DNA of 42,282 bases from a virus: IMG/VR virus record IMGVR_UViG_3300045988_004668, one strand, 5' to 3'. Positions 22,214 through 30,366 of the stretch are shown piece after piece; the stretch's first letter is position 1, and each line of letters opens with the position of its first letter. The notes beneath the pieces were generated by a model that ran no database searches, was not told the DNA's origin, and saw nothing but the letters and a program-made list of their open reading frames with translations. A program made the position numbers and the translations under genes.

Positions 22214-23572
22214 TTACTTGTACTTCACGGAGTCGTCGATCTTGATTCCGCTCACCTCGTAAATCCGTTTCGCCACGTCAGACCACTGCTGCTTCGACAT
22301 CTGCCCGCGTGCGCCGACGGCCACATCATAGGCCCTGTCATAGTTGCCCTGGCCGAGCAGTGTCGAGATCGTCCGCTGTACGCCGTTATACGAATCTCTC
22401 GCCATGGCCACGTTGCCGCTGTAGCTGCCGCCGCCGTTGATCTTCGAGCCTCCAGCGCTTCCGGAGCCGGAACCGCCGCCACTGCTTCTAGCGCCCTTGG
22501 CCGCCAGCGCTGCCTCGTATGCAGATGTGTCGATGCCCAGCTTCCGGAGATACGAATAGTCGCCGTACTGTGCAGCCAGCTGTGCCTTCTCCAGTGCCTC
22601 GCCGCGAAGTCCCGTCTGCTGGTTGATCTCGTCAAGCAGGTTCTGGTAGCTGAAACTGCGGTCTGTGTTGTACTGGTTCAGCTCGTTCAGATACTTCGTG
22701 TAGTCCAGCTGCTCCAGTGCGCTCGCCGTCTGCACGTCGTTTGCAATCCGGCTGTAAGCATCTGCCCATGTCTGGTAATCGAAGTTCCGGTTCGTGTTGT
22801 ACTGCTGCAGCTCGTTGAGATACTTGTCATAGTCCGACTGCTCTGCGCCCTGCACGGCGCCCAGATCGCTGAGCTTCATGTTGTAGTCGTTCATGTACTT
22901 GTTGTAGGCCAACTGATAAAGCTCCGGAATCTTGTCTGTCATCTGCGCCGCATAGTAGTCTCCGGCCTGCGCCGCTGCCGTCGCCGCATAGCTCGATGGG
23001 ATGCCGCCGGACGCTGCTGCCGCTGCGCCGATGGCGTTCTGCTGTGCACGGTCTCCTTCGCGGGTGTACTGCTTGCGGTACTGGCTGTAGAGCTGGTCGC
23101 GCTCCGGGTCATAGCTGAACGCTTCTCGGTTCAAAATCTGCTTCAGCAAATCCTGGATGGTCTCGTCATACCGGTTCGTGTATTCCGGCTGTGCGACGTC
23201 ATAAGAATAGTCGCCATAGTTCAGCTGCTTGTTCAGAAGATCGTCCACAAGCCCCGTTCGGTTCGAAGAGTACGTCGGCTTTGCATCCTGCTGGAAGCTG
23301 TTCGGGGAAAGTGGGTCGAGGTAGAACTGTGAACCCGCTCCGCCGCCCGTGTAGTTTCCGTAGCTGCTGCGGATGCCTTCCGCGCCTAGGTTTGCCAGTG
23401 CCCGCTGCTCCGGCGTCGTGGCGTTGTGGTAGTCGCGCTTGTATTTCAGGATGCTCATTCCCGCATCCGGATTCTGCTGTGCCAGCTTCAGATCGGCCGA
23501 CGAGAACTCGCTGCCGAGTCCGGAGTTCGTCAGCTCCCGCTGAAACTCGTCGTATGTAAATCTCTGTGCCAT
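22214..23572 (-). CDS. Virion-associated protein (452 aa) with internal repeat and Gly/Ser linker
   Basis: AAAGGAG precedes the ATG. DYDKYLNELQQYNTNRNFDYQ and DYTKYLNELNQYNTDRSFSYQ are repeated. It lies between tail genes and the giant gene. Confidence 0.65.
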   Translation of the reverse strand: MAQRFTYDEFQRELTNSGLGSEFSSADLKLAQQNPDAGMSILKYKRDYHNATTPEQRALANLGAEGIRSSYGNYTGGGAGSQFYLDPLSPNSFQQDAKPTYSSNRTGLVDDLLNKQLNYGDYSYDVAQPEYTNRYDETIQDLLKQILNREAFSYDPERDQLYSQYRKQYTREGDRAQQNAIGAAAAASGGIPSSYAATAAAQAGDYYAAQMTDKIPELYQLAYNKYMNDYNMKLSDLGAVQGAEQSDYDKYLNELQQYNTNRNFDYQTWADAYSRIANDVQTASALEQLDYTKYLNELNQYNTDRSFSYQNLLDEINQQTGLRGEALEKAQLAAQYGDYSYLRKLGIDTSAYEAALAAKGARSSGGGSGSGSAGGSKINGGGSYSGNVAMARDSYNGVQRTISTLLGQGNYDRAYDVAVGARGQMSKQQWSDVAKRIYEVSGIKIDDSVKYK

Positions 23573-23590
23573 TGTCGTCTCCTTTCATGG

Positions 23591-25201
23591 TTACAGTTCG
23601 CTTCCTGTGTAGACCTCGCGCACCAGCGAATACAGTCTGCACCCGCCGCTGCCCGTCATCCGGATGCGGAAGTGATCGCACCGGCGCGGCACGATCGGCA
23701 GATAGAAGCTGCGTTTCTTTTCTGCCTGCAGCGTCTTCACCTCGCGCCAAACGCCGTCTGAGTCGAACTGCATCTCGATCTTCACGCTAGCCCCTTCGTC
23801 CAGCTCCAGCCGCACCAGCAGCTTTCCGATGCCCTTCTTCTGCGGAATCGGCACCGACGCTGAGGAATACGTTGTGTACTCGTAGAAGTCCGCCCACTCC
23901 GTCATCCAGGAGACCTCTGTCTCCCGAACCGCCGCGGCTTGCGCCGTCCTGGCATTTCCGTTCAGCAAAAGCCTTCCGTCTGCAGCCAGGAAATACAGCT
24001 CCCCGTTCCAACCCCAGCCGACAACCTCCAGCGCATCTTCCCGGTGCCACAGGCCCCGCAATGTGTCATACACAAAAAGATGCCAGGCGCCCGCCGTGTC
24101 CTTCATCGAGACGTAATACTTCGTTCCGTCGCTGCCGCCCACGGCGTTCCGGAACCGCTGCGTGCCGAACGCTGCGCCCACCTGCTGCGGGATGCCGCCG
24201 GAGTAGGCGACAATGCCCGTGCGGGCCAGGTAGAAAAGCGTCTCTCCGGCAATGGCGATGGACGCATCGCTGCCAGCTTCCACGCCCAAAGAGGCGCTGC
24301 CCATCACTTGGAAGTTCGACGGCTTGTCTCCGTAGACCTTGTAGATGTGCTCTTCCTTGAAAAAGCATGGATAACCCAGGTAGCTGCAGCACGCCGTGAA
24401 GTCTCCCGCGCTGCCGACATTTACGCTGTAGCTGTCCGTGGCCACGCCGTCAAATACATTCCAGTTGAAGATGTCTCCGAGTTTGCTGGCGTAGATTGTG
24501 TCTTCCTTGCAGCCCCAGAGCCTGTTCTCATTCTCACATAGGAAGTCCATATCCGGCACGGTTCTCTTGATGGTCAAGGTCTCGCTGTCCCCGCCGCTTC
24601 CGATCGTGAAGGTGTTTTCATAGAAGCGGAGGTAGTCGCCGTCGATTTCCCGGATGATCGGCGTTTTGTTGTTGCTCTCATGCTTCACTGCGCCGGAGAT
24701 CGTCACCGCGTCTCCAACCTTGAAGACAGAATCCCACGCTGCGCCGGACGCATAGATCGTGTTGGCCTTTGCGTCCTCGCCTGCGTAGGTTCCGTCCTGA
24801 ATCTTTGCGCTGCCGGTGAAGCTCGCTTCCATCGTGCCGAACTCGTCCGCCAGGCGGTTATAATACTTCTTGTCCGGCAGGATGATGATGTACGCGCCCA
24901 GGCTCGCGAACTTCTTTCTCCCGTTCGTGACAGTTCCCTTGAGCGTTCCGTCTGCGTAGAACCCCGTTCCGTCCACCCAGTACAGCCCGTCGTGCGCGTA
25001 GAACCCGTTCGGTTTTGTGAGTGTGCGTACCTTCCAACGCGGGCGCCTGGGTGCGAGCAGGGGATAGAAGTCGCTCGTCATATTTTTCATGTCCCAGATG
25101 TCGCCGTTGTCTGCGCCGAGCGTGTGGTTGTACCCGCCGAACTTTGTCTGCTTGTATTTCTGGATACCGTCCTGGTTTGCCATTGGCGGCAGTCCGATCA
25201 T
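23591..25201 (-). CDS. Tail structural protein (536 aa; function not assignable by eye)
   Basis: ATG at 25201 overlaps the upstream stop (ATGA) and follows GGAGGTG. Large beta-rich sequence located inside the tail block. Confidence 0.6.
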   Translation of the reverse strand: MIGLPPMANQDGIQKYKQTKFGGYNHTLGADNGDIWDMKNMTSDFYPLLAPRRPRWKVRTLTKPNGFYAHDGLYWVDGTGFYADGTLKGTVTNGRKKFASLGAYIIILPDKKYYNRLADEFGTMEASFTGSAKIQDGTYAGEDAKANTIYASGAAWDSVFKVGDAVTISGAVKHESNNKTPIIREIDGDYLRFYENTFTIGSGGDSETLTIKRTVPDMDFLCENENRLWGCKEDTIYASKLGDIFNWNVFDGVATDSYSVNVGSAGDFTACCSYLGYPCFFKEEHIYKVYGDKPSNFQVMGSASLGVEAGSDASIAIAGETLFYLARTGIVAYSGGIPQQVGAAFGTQRFRNAVGGSDGTKYYVSMKDTAGAWHLFVYDTLRGLWHREDALEVVGWGWNGELYFLAADGRLLLNGNARTAQAAAVRETEVSWMTEWADFYEYTTYSSASVPIPQKKGIGKLLVRLELDEGASVKIEMQFDSDGVWREVKTLQAEKKRSFYLPIVPRRCDHFRIRMTGSGGCRLYSLVREVYTGSEL

Positions 25202-25590
25202 GCGCCGTCACCTCCGAACCGGATGAACCCCTCCAGCGCTTCCAGATGGATGGGCTTGATCTTCTGCGGCTCCGGAACCGCCGCCTGTTTCCAGTCGATC
25301 TCCGTCTCGACATTGGCCAGCTCAAACCGTCGCGTGTTATATTCCGGTGCGTCTGCCGGGTCTTTGAAGAGGAAGGTGCCGCGCTCCGTGAAGGCAACGT
25401 TTCCTTTCTCGTCGAGCTGCCCGAACTCCTGCGTCAGCTTATTCTCTTCGCGGATGTAGAAGTCCACAGAGGGCTGCAAGGCCCGCCGCAGTCTTGCCAG
25501 CGTGAAGGCCGTCTTGTAGTCCCATTCCATCTGCGAAAGATAGTTCACCGCCATGCAGGCGTTGACGCATCGGATGAGTGTTGTTTTCAT
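25198..25590 (-). CDS. Small tail-module protein, DUF1617-like (tentative)
   Basis: VNACMAVNYLS...AFTLARLRRALQPSVDFYIREENKLTQEFGQLDEKGNV...FELANVETEIDW resembles the Firmicute-phage DUF1617 pattern. AAAGGAG precedes the ATG. Confidence 0.5.
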   Translation of the reverse strand: MKTTLIRCVNACMAVNYLSQMEWDYKTAFTLARLRRALQPSVDFYIREENKLTQEFGQLDEKGNVAFTERGTFLFKDPADAPEYNTRRFELANVETEIDWKQAAVPEPQKIKPIHLEALEGFIRFGGDGA

Positions 25591-25602
25591 GCTGTGCTCC
25601 TT

Positions 25603-26592
25603 TCAGCTCGTGCTCAGCGGCGAATCGTTGATGTAGACCGTACCGTAGAATTTGATATTCCCGCCCGACGAGATCGTCACGCCGCTGTTGCCGTAGATGT
25701 AAATATTGTCGTCCGCCTCGATGGAGATGCCGCCCGCCGACTGCAGCTTCATGGCAAACGACACGCCGCGAATGTAGTTCGTGTAGATGAACATTCTGTA
25801 CCGGTTTTCATACTGGCTGCCTGCTCCGTTGGCGTCCAGCCGGATGCCGCCTGCGGTGTAGCTGCTGTTCATATAGCAGAACTCGATCTCGCCGCCCCAG
25901 ATGCCGTTCGACTGCAGGATGCTTCGGAAGGTGCTGCCTTCGATGGTGCAGCCGTAGATGTCGATGGCGTCGATCGTGCCGGTCGTGATGTTGCTGCCGT
26001 TGATCGTTGTCTGTCCTGCGGTGGACAGGTCTGAGAACGTGACCATGCCGCTGAAGCTGATCGACTTGCTTGACACCACCACGCCGTCGCGCATGAGCTT
26101 AATCGTGCTGCTGCTTTCTCCGTTGGAGACCGACAGCGTGATGCTGTTGACCGTCTGTGTCAGAGACGATACGCTGCCGTCCAGCGTCGTGATTCTGCTC
26201 TGCAGCGCTGTCGCCGTCTGCTGCAGCGACGAAACATCTCCTTCTGCGTTCGTGATGCGCGTCGTCAGGCTGTTGGCCGTCGCAGTTAGAGACGTGATGT
26301 TTCCTTCTGCATCTTCCAGCCTCGCACCCAGGCCCTCTGCCGTGACCTGCAGCGCAAGAATCTGCTTCTCGTCATTTTCTAGCTGCACATATACCGGCTC
26401 CGTGATGATGTTCACGATCTCATCAAAGCCTGTCTCATTGAAGTTGTCTTTGTCCAGATTGCAGAACGAATACCGCAGCTGCTCCAGCAGCATATAGAGA
26501 TAGCTCGTGATCTGCTCGATCTTGTCCTTGTCGGACGTTTCTTTCGTGAACTGTGGAAACCCCGTGTCCGCGCTCAAAATATTGGATGGCAC
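25603..26592 (-). CDS. Tail fiber / tail spike-like protein
   Basis: It has a coiled-coil repeat region (ITSLTATANSLTTRITNAEGDVSSLQQTATALQSRITTLDGSVSSLTQTVNSITLSV) followed by a Gly/Asn/Ser-rich beta-helix-like C-terminus. GTG at 26592 follows AGGAGG. Confidence 0.65.
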   Translation of the reverse strand: MPSNILSADTGFPQFTKETSDKDKIEQITSYLYMLLEQLRYSFCNLDKDNFNETGFDEIVNIITEPVYVQLENDEKQILALQVTAEGLGARLEDAEGNITSLTATANSLTTRITNAEGDVSSLQQTATALQSRITTLDGSVSSLTQTVNSITLSVSNGESSSTIKLMRDGVVVSSKSISFSGMVTFSDLSTAGQTTINGSNITTGTIDAIDIYGCTIEGSTFRSILQSNGIWGGEIEFCYMNSSYTAGGIRLDANGAGSQYENRYRMFIYTNYIRGVSFAMKLQSAGGISIEADDNIYIYGNSGVTISSGGNIKFYGTVYINDSPLSTS

Positions 26593-26650
26593 CGTATCGC
26601 CTCCTTATAGCGTTTTCGGGAAGGGCCGTCTCCGGCCCCTCCCGTGCGTC

Positions 26651-27424
26651 TCACGCCAGGCCCGCGAGCTTTGCGAACCGGTACAGTACCGTCACAAACT
26701 GTTCTCGCGTCATCATGTCCTGCCACATATAGTTCGGCTCGCCGTCTTCCAGCGTGCCGCCGCCGAGCACGATGCCCTTTTCCGTGGCCCACTGCCGGGC
26801 TTCTTCGCTGTACTGGCTGCAGTCGTTGTCCTGCAGGTCTTTGCGCATCTGCCCAAAAAGTTCTGCGAATCTATCCTTGTCCATGTTCTCGTCCTCCATT
26901 TCTCCGTCGTCTAATGCCATTACCGTGTGTCCCTGGGATACCAGGATGTCGCCGCGCCGCAGCCAGCGGTCGTCCGTCAAAAACTTCTTCCCGCTCAGCA
27001 TCTCGAACTGTCCGGTCGTCGGCCAGTCGTGCAGCATACAGTAAGTCGTGCAGCTGTTGCCCTGGCGCCTGAAGAGTTTCTTCAGCTCCGTCGCGCCTGC
27101 CGAGATCGCGCACAGCATCATAAATGCCGAGCAGTCTGTCTCGACCGGCTTGTTGATCTTGCCGAGCGCGAAGTCTACTGCCTCCGCAGCGGCGTATGCC
27201 GTGTTGCGCCCGTCCATGTCATAGCCGATGTTCCGGTTCCGTACGCCGTCTTCGCAGGCCTGCGCCGCCCGCTCCGACATGGCCGGGTCTTTGAACCGAA
27301 GAATCCCCAGCCAGCTTCCGTTGTACCAATACGAGAAGTTCAGCTCCCGGCCCGTCTGGTTGCCAGGCTTCTGCCCGCGTCCGCCGGTCTCTCCGAGGCT
27401 TGCCTGGCCGATGCGGATACTCAC
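26651..27424 (-). CDS. Endolysin: peptidoglycan amidohydrolase (NlpC/P60-like Cys peptidase type) with SLH-like C-terminal wall-binding segment
   Basis: GETGGRGQKPGNQTGRELNFSYWYNGSWLGILRF...NIGYDMDGRNT...ETDCSAFMM...GHTVMAL fits the peptidoglycan amidohydrolase family pattern. The C-terminus (ARQWATEKGIVLGG...MTREQFVTVLYRF) is SLH-like. The GTG start is coupled to the holin stop (GTGA). Confidence 0.8.
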   Translation of the reverse strand: MSIRIGQASLGETGGRGQKPGNQTGRELNFSYWYNGSWLGILRFKDPAMSERAAQACEDGVRNRNIGYDMDGRNTAYAAAEAVDFALGKINKPVETDCSAFMMLCAISAGATELKKLFRRQGNSCTTYCMLHDWPTTGQFEMLSGKKFLTDDRWLRRGDILVSQGHTVMALDDGEMEDENMDKDRFAELFGQMRKDLQDNDCSQYSEEARQWATEKGIVLGGGTLEDGEPNYMWQDMMTREQFVTVLYRFAKLAGLA

Positions 27425-27738
27425 TGCGCGTCACCTCCTGCCGGAAGCAGCCCTTTTTTGAGGTCATATACTGCCGCTTCGATCATGGCGTCCAGGCGCG
27501 TCTCGTCGAGCGTGACGCCGTGTTCCGCCAGCCAGTTGATGACGTATGCCTTCTTCTCCTGGCCGCGCCCGGAGCCGACATAAATCTGCTCCGCTGCGCT
27601 AACCGCAATGCGCACCCAGGCGTTGATCTCCGTCTGCTGCTGCGCTGTTGTTTTCGAGCGGATGTACGGGATGACGATGGCGGTAATGACCGCCGCAATG
27701 AGCGCGAATACTGTTTCGATGATGGGTGTAATGTTCAT
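27421..27738 (-). CDS. Holin, LL-H-type
   Basis: An N-terminal TM helix (IIETVFALIAAVITAIVIPYI) is followed by AWVRIAVSAAEQIY...GQEKKAYVINWLAEHG, as in LL-H family holins. It lies directly upstream of the endolysin. Confidence 0.7.
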   Translation of the reverse strand: MNITPIIETVFALIAAVITAIVIPYIRSKTTAQQQTEINAWVRIAVSAAEQIYVGSGRGQEKKAYVINWLAEHGVTLDETRLDAMIEAAVYDLKKGLLPAGGDAQ

Positions 27739-27750
27739 GGTGATCTCCTT

Positions 27751-28017
27751 TCAGATTTCTTGATCGGTTTCTTCTGCTTCCTTTTTTCCGACTGCCCCGA
27801 AGCCCTTCCGCTTTTCAAACAGACTCTTCAGGCAGTACAGAGCGACAACGCCGACGATCTCCGTCACGGCCGTCTGGCTCAGCTTCTCGGCGATGGACTC
27901 TTTTCCGAGGTATGCCAGGATGTAGCTGCACCACACCCAGCCCACGCCGTTTCCCAGGCAGAACCAAAGCGCCCGCTTTGTGGTCGTCTTTAAGCTGGTG
28001 CGTTTCTGCTGCTTCAT
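27751..28017 (-). CDS. Two-TM small membrane protein (second holin/antiholin candidate)
   Basis: ALWFCLGNGVGWVWCSYILAYL and VTEIVGVVALYCLKSLF are hydrophobic helices, and the C-terminus is charged. The ATGA start is coupled to the upstream stop. Confidence 0.55.
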   Translation of the reverse strand: MKQQKRTSLKTTTKRALWFCLGNGVGWVWCSYILAYLGKESIAEKLSQTAVTEIVGVVALYCLKSLFEKRKGFGAVGKKEAEETDQEI

Positions 28018-28253
28018 GTTCCGTGCTCCAAATCGTCGATGCGATGGTTTGCAACCTTCAGCTTTTCCTCGAAGACCGCCGCCTCCTCTTCCAGATGGTA
28101 GGTGCGCTCCACCAAACCGTTGTGCTTCGCTACTTTCTGCTCCAGCTGCTCCAGCCGGTATGCAATGAGCGCCGCGCTTTTCCGGTTCGCCAGGTATGTC
28201 CCGATGAGCGTACCGGCAAGGCTCAGCACGGCCACCACGATGGTCTCCGTCAT
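28014..28253 (-). CDS. N-terminally anchored coiled-coil protein, XhlA-like lysis-cassette component (tentative)
   Basis: MTETIVVAVLSLAGTLIGTYL is a TM helix. It is followed by a coiled coil ending in NHRIDDLE. ATGA is coupled to the upstream stop. Confidence 0.45.
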   Translation of the reverse strand: MTETIVVAVLSLAGTLIGTYLANRKSAALIAYRLEQLEQKVAKHNGLVERTYHLEEEAAVFEEKLKVANHRIDDLEHGT

Positions 28254-28834
28254 GCCGTCACCTCTGTCCATCCATACACGCCCGGCTCCCACGTGTTCGC
28301 GTCCACATCGCTCGTCCAGTGTTTGCCGTTGCGGCTCACTTTTGCGCCCTTGGCGTAGGCATCCGTGCTGCCCACCGGCTGGCTCCACTCCGGCCATTCC
28401 TCTGCCGGGTCAGAGATGCCCACCCACAGCGACGGGCTGTCCTCCGGTTTCCAGCCCGCCTGCGAGGTGTGCGCCTTCAGGCATTTGTAGAGCTTGCCGC
28501 TGCGCTCCCTGATCTGCCCCACAGTGTAGGCCACCGGGTATTTCCATGGGCTGAACAGCTCCGCGTGTTCACCGGCCGTCACGCCGTCGATACTTCCGTT
28601 CTCAGCCAGTGTGACAAATGCGATGGCGCTTGCCGCCTGGTTTTCCTGCAGGAATGTTCCGGTGTCACGTTTTACCAGGATGATCTGCGACAGCAGCATG
28701 GGCGTTCCGCCCACGGCCACGCCTTCGGCCTCATCCTCTCCGCATAGCAGCCAGAACCCGTCCGGATGCCTGCGGATATAATCAGGGGCTTCCGTCAGTG
28801 CAATCACGCCCCCGTCCTTCCGAATTTCGTACAT
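28250..28834 (-). CDS. Protein with two CBM5/12-like carbohydrate-binding repeats
   Basis: YTVGQIRERSGKLYKCLKAHTSQAGWKPEDSPSLW and AYAKGAKVSRNGKHWTSDVDANTWEPGVYGW fit the chitin-binding type-3 aromatic pattern. ATG at 28834 follows AAAGGAG and lies 31 nt inside the RT gene 3' end. Confidence 0.6.
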   Translation of the reverse strand: MYEIRKDGGVIALTEAPDYIRRHPDGFWLLCGEDEAEGVAVGGTPMLLSQIILVKRDTGTFLQENQAASAIAFVTLAENGSIDGVTAGEHAELFSPWKYPVAYTVGQIRERSGKLYKCLKAHTSQAGWKPEDSPSLWVGISDPAEEWPEWSQPVGSTDAYAKGAKVSRNGKHWTSDVDANTWEPGVYGWTEVTA

Positions 28835-29961
28835 TGATGGTCTCCTTTCTCCCCGAACAGCTTTCGATACAGCTTGTCCGTCTTCCGCAGCACCTTCCAG
28901 CTGTTTCCCCGTCGCATGTGGCCCTTCCAGCTCTCATACGACGTGCGCACGTCTTCTTCCGTCATGCGCCCGTCATCTACCCACCGCCGGAACTTCCGCA
29001 GCTTCTGCCGCATCTTTCTGGTGCTTTTGCGCTGCACCTTCCGAATGACGCCGCCGGTCTGCGTCAGCTTGAACTTTGTTTTCAGAAACCGCACGCCCTG
29101 CCTGATCGGCAGGATGCGCGTTTTCTTCTCGCTCAGCTGCAGCCCGATACCGGCGCAGTATTGCCGGATGCGTGCGGCGCATTCCTCCAGATACCGGACG
29201 TCCTCGCAGATGAGATACCCGTCGTCCATGTACCGGCCGTAGCCCCGGATGTGCAGCTGCTCTTTGATGAAATGGTCAAGGCCGTTTCCCAGCATCAGCG
29301 CGTCGATCTGGCTCACCTGGCTGCCCAGTCCGAATCCTCGCTCGCCGAAGTCCGCCATGAAGCTCTCTGCCCGCTCCCGGACGCGCTCGTCGTAGAGCCT
29401 GCGCCGGTTCTCCCGATGAATCGGTTCCTGCGGTGCGGAGTTGAAATAGTCCGTGAAGTCGAACACCAGGATGCCGCCCTGCATCCCATGCTTCCGGTAA
29501 TGCCGCTGCAGGTGTCGGTTCATTCTGTCCATGGCAAAGTCAATTCCCTTGCCCTTCAGACTCGCTGCGTTGTCGTATATGAAGGCCGATGAGAACAGCG
29601 GCACCAGCGCATTGTCACATAAGCACCGCTGCACCACGCGCTCTGAGATGTGGACGCTCCGGATGTGCCGCAGCTTTCCGCGCTCCATGATGTCAAACTC
29701 ATGGAACCCCATCGTCTTCCACGTTCCGTCCATCAGCGCCTTCCGCGTCCTGGCCGTGTTCTCAGACAAACTCGCCAGATACCGCTGCGTCGAGCACTTC
29801 CAGCGCACGCCCTTGCAGCACGCCAGCCCCGCTTTGTATAGGTTCTCGTAACTGAATACCTGCTCAAAGCTGCCGCACGCTTCGCTCCTGGCCCGGCGTT
29901 TTGCTTCCCGCCCGGCGCGGCGTCTTTGATACCGGCCCTCTTTTCGCTCTTCGCTTGTCAT
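28804..29961 (-). CDS. DGR-type reverse transcriptase
   Basis: KLRHIRSVHISERVVQRCLCDNALVPLF, ASLKGKGIDFA, GLGSQVSQIDALMLGNGLDHFI (the SQ motif typical of DGR RTs) and YGRYMDDGYLI (YMDD catalytic box). It sits next to TR and Avd. Confidence 0.92.
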   Translation of the reverse strand: MTSEERKEGRYQRRRAGREAKRRARSEACGSFEQVFSYENLYKAGLACCKGVRWKCSTQRYLASLSENTARTRKALMDGTWKTMGFHEFDIMERGKLRHIRSVHISERVVQRCLCDNALVPLFSSAFIYDNAASLKGKGIDFAMDRMNRHLQRHYRKHGMQGGILVFDFTDYFNSAPQEPIHRENRRRLYDERVRERAESFMADFGERGFGLGSQVSQIDALMLGNGLDHFIKEQLHIRGYGRYMDDGYLICEDVRYLEECAARIRQYCAGIGLQLSEKKTRILPIRQGVRFLKTKFKLTQTGGVIRKVQRKSTRKMRQKLRKFRRWVDDGRMTEEDVRTSYESWKGHMRRGNSWKVLRKTDKLYRKLFGEKGDHQCTKFGRTGA

Positions 29962-30199
29962 GTATGGTTCTTCTCCTTGCCCGTTCGGGCACCCGCCGTA
30001 AGGGATGATTGTCGGGTGCGCGTTCTACCCTCGTGGCAGTCCGGCTATGAAACAGGCCCGCGCACATCGGCCTGCCATGCAAGCAGCGTCCAGCCGTCTG
30101 CACCGGCGGATTGTTTTGGCTTTTGCCGGGAATAAGCTCTCCTTCTGCATAGGTACTGCTTCGCCGCCTTCCGGCGGTTACTGCGTCAGACCGTGCTGT
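29962..30199 (-). ncRNA. TR-RT spacer, expected to be part of the structured DGR RNA
   Basis: 238-nt non-coding stretch between TR and the RT start codon. It contains CCGCC-GGAA-GGCGG (GNRA-type tetraloop hairpin on the minus strand, about 30162..30175) and further short GC stems. Track ORF 29864..30217 starts inside TR and is not credible. Confidence 0.5.
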
Positions 30200-30332
30200 G
30201 CAGAATCCGAAGGCCACGCCATTGGCATTGCTGGCGTTGTTATTGTTCGCGTTGCCGTTGCTGTTGACCAGGCAGAAATTCGTGGAGTTGCTGGCATTCG
30301 GCGAGCGCTCCCACCAGTTGGCTGCAGAGCCG
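30200..30332 (-). repeat. DGR template repeat (TR), 133 nt
   Basis: Intergenic copy of the VR sequence carrying 33 coding-strand adenines. In the VR frame it would encode 13 AAY (Asn) codons: GSAANWWERSPNASNSTNFCLVNSNGNANNNNASNANGVAFGFC. Confidence 0.92.
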
Positions 30333-30366
30333 ACGGCAACAAAAAACAGAGCTTAACCCATGTTGT

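Noticed and set aside
28705-28740. A possible third VR, because GGCCACGCC (part of the invariant VR/TR 3' block) recurs inside the CBM-like gene.
   Set aside because: Only about 9 nt match, in the opposite arrangement relative to the flanking TTCGG string, and there is no extended homology to TR. This is a chance match in GC-rich DNA.
28804-29961. Whether the RT belongs to a group II intron, a retron or an Abi-type defence system.
   Set aside because: There is no intron RNA domain structure, maturase or endonuclease extension. There is no msr/msd-like inverted-repeat unit. Instead there is a TR with two A-mutagenised VRs and an Avd-like gene, and the SQ motif is of the DGR type.
29864-30217. 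A 117-aa ORF starting inside TR and running through the TR-RT spacer into the RT gene.
   Set aside because: It starts at a GTG within the repeat, has no RBS, has an Arg/Pro-rich composition and overlaps the RT start. The region is better explained as DGR RNA.
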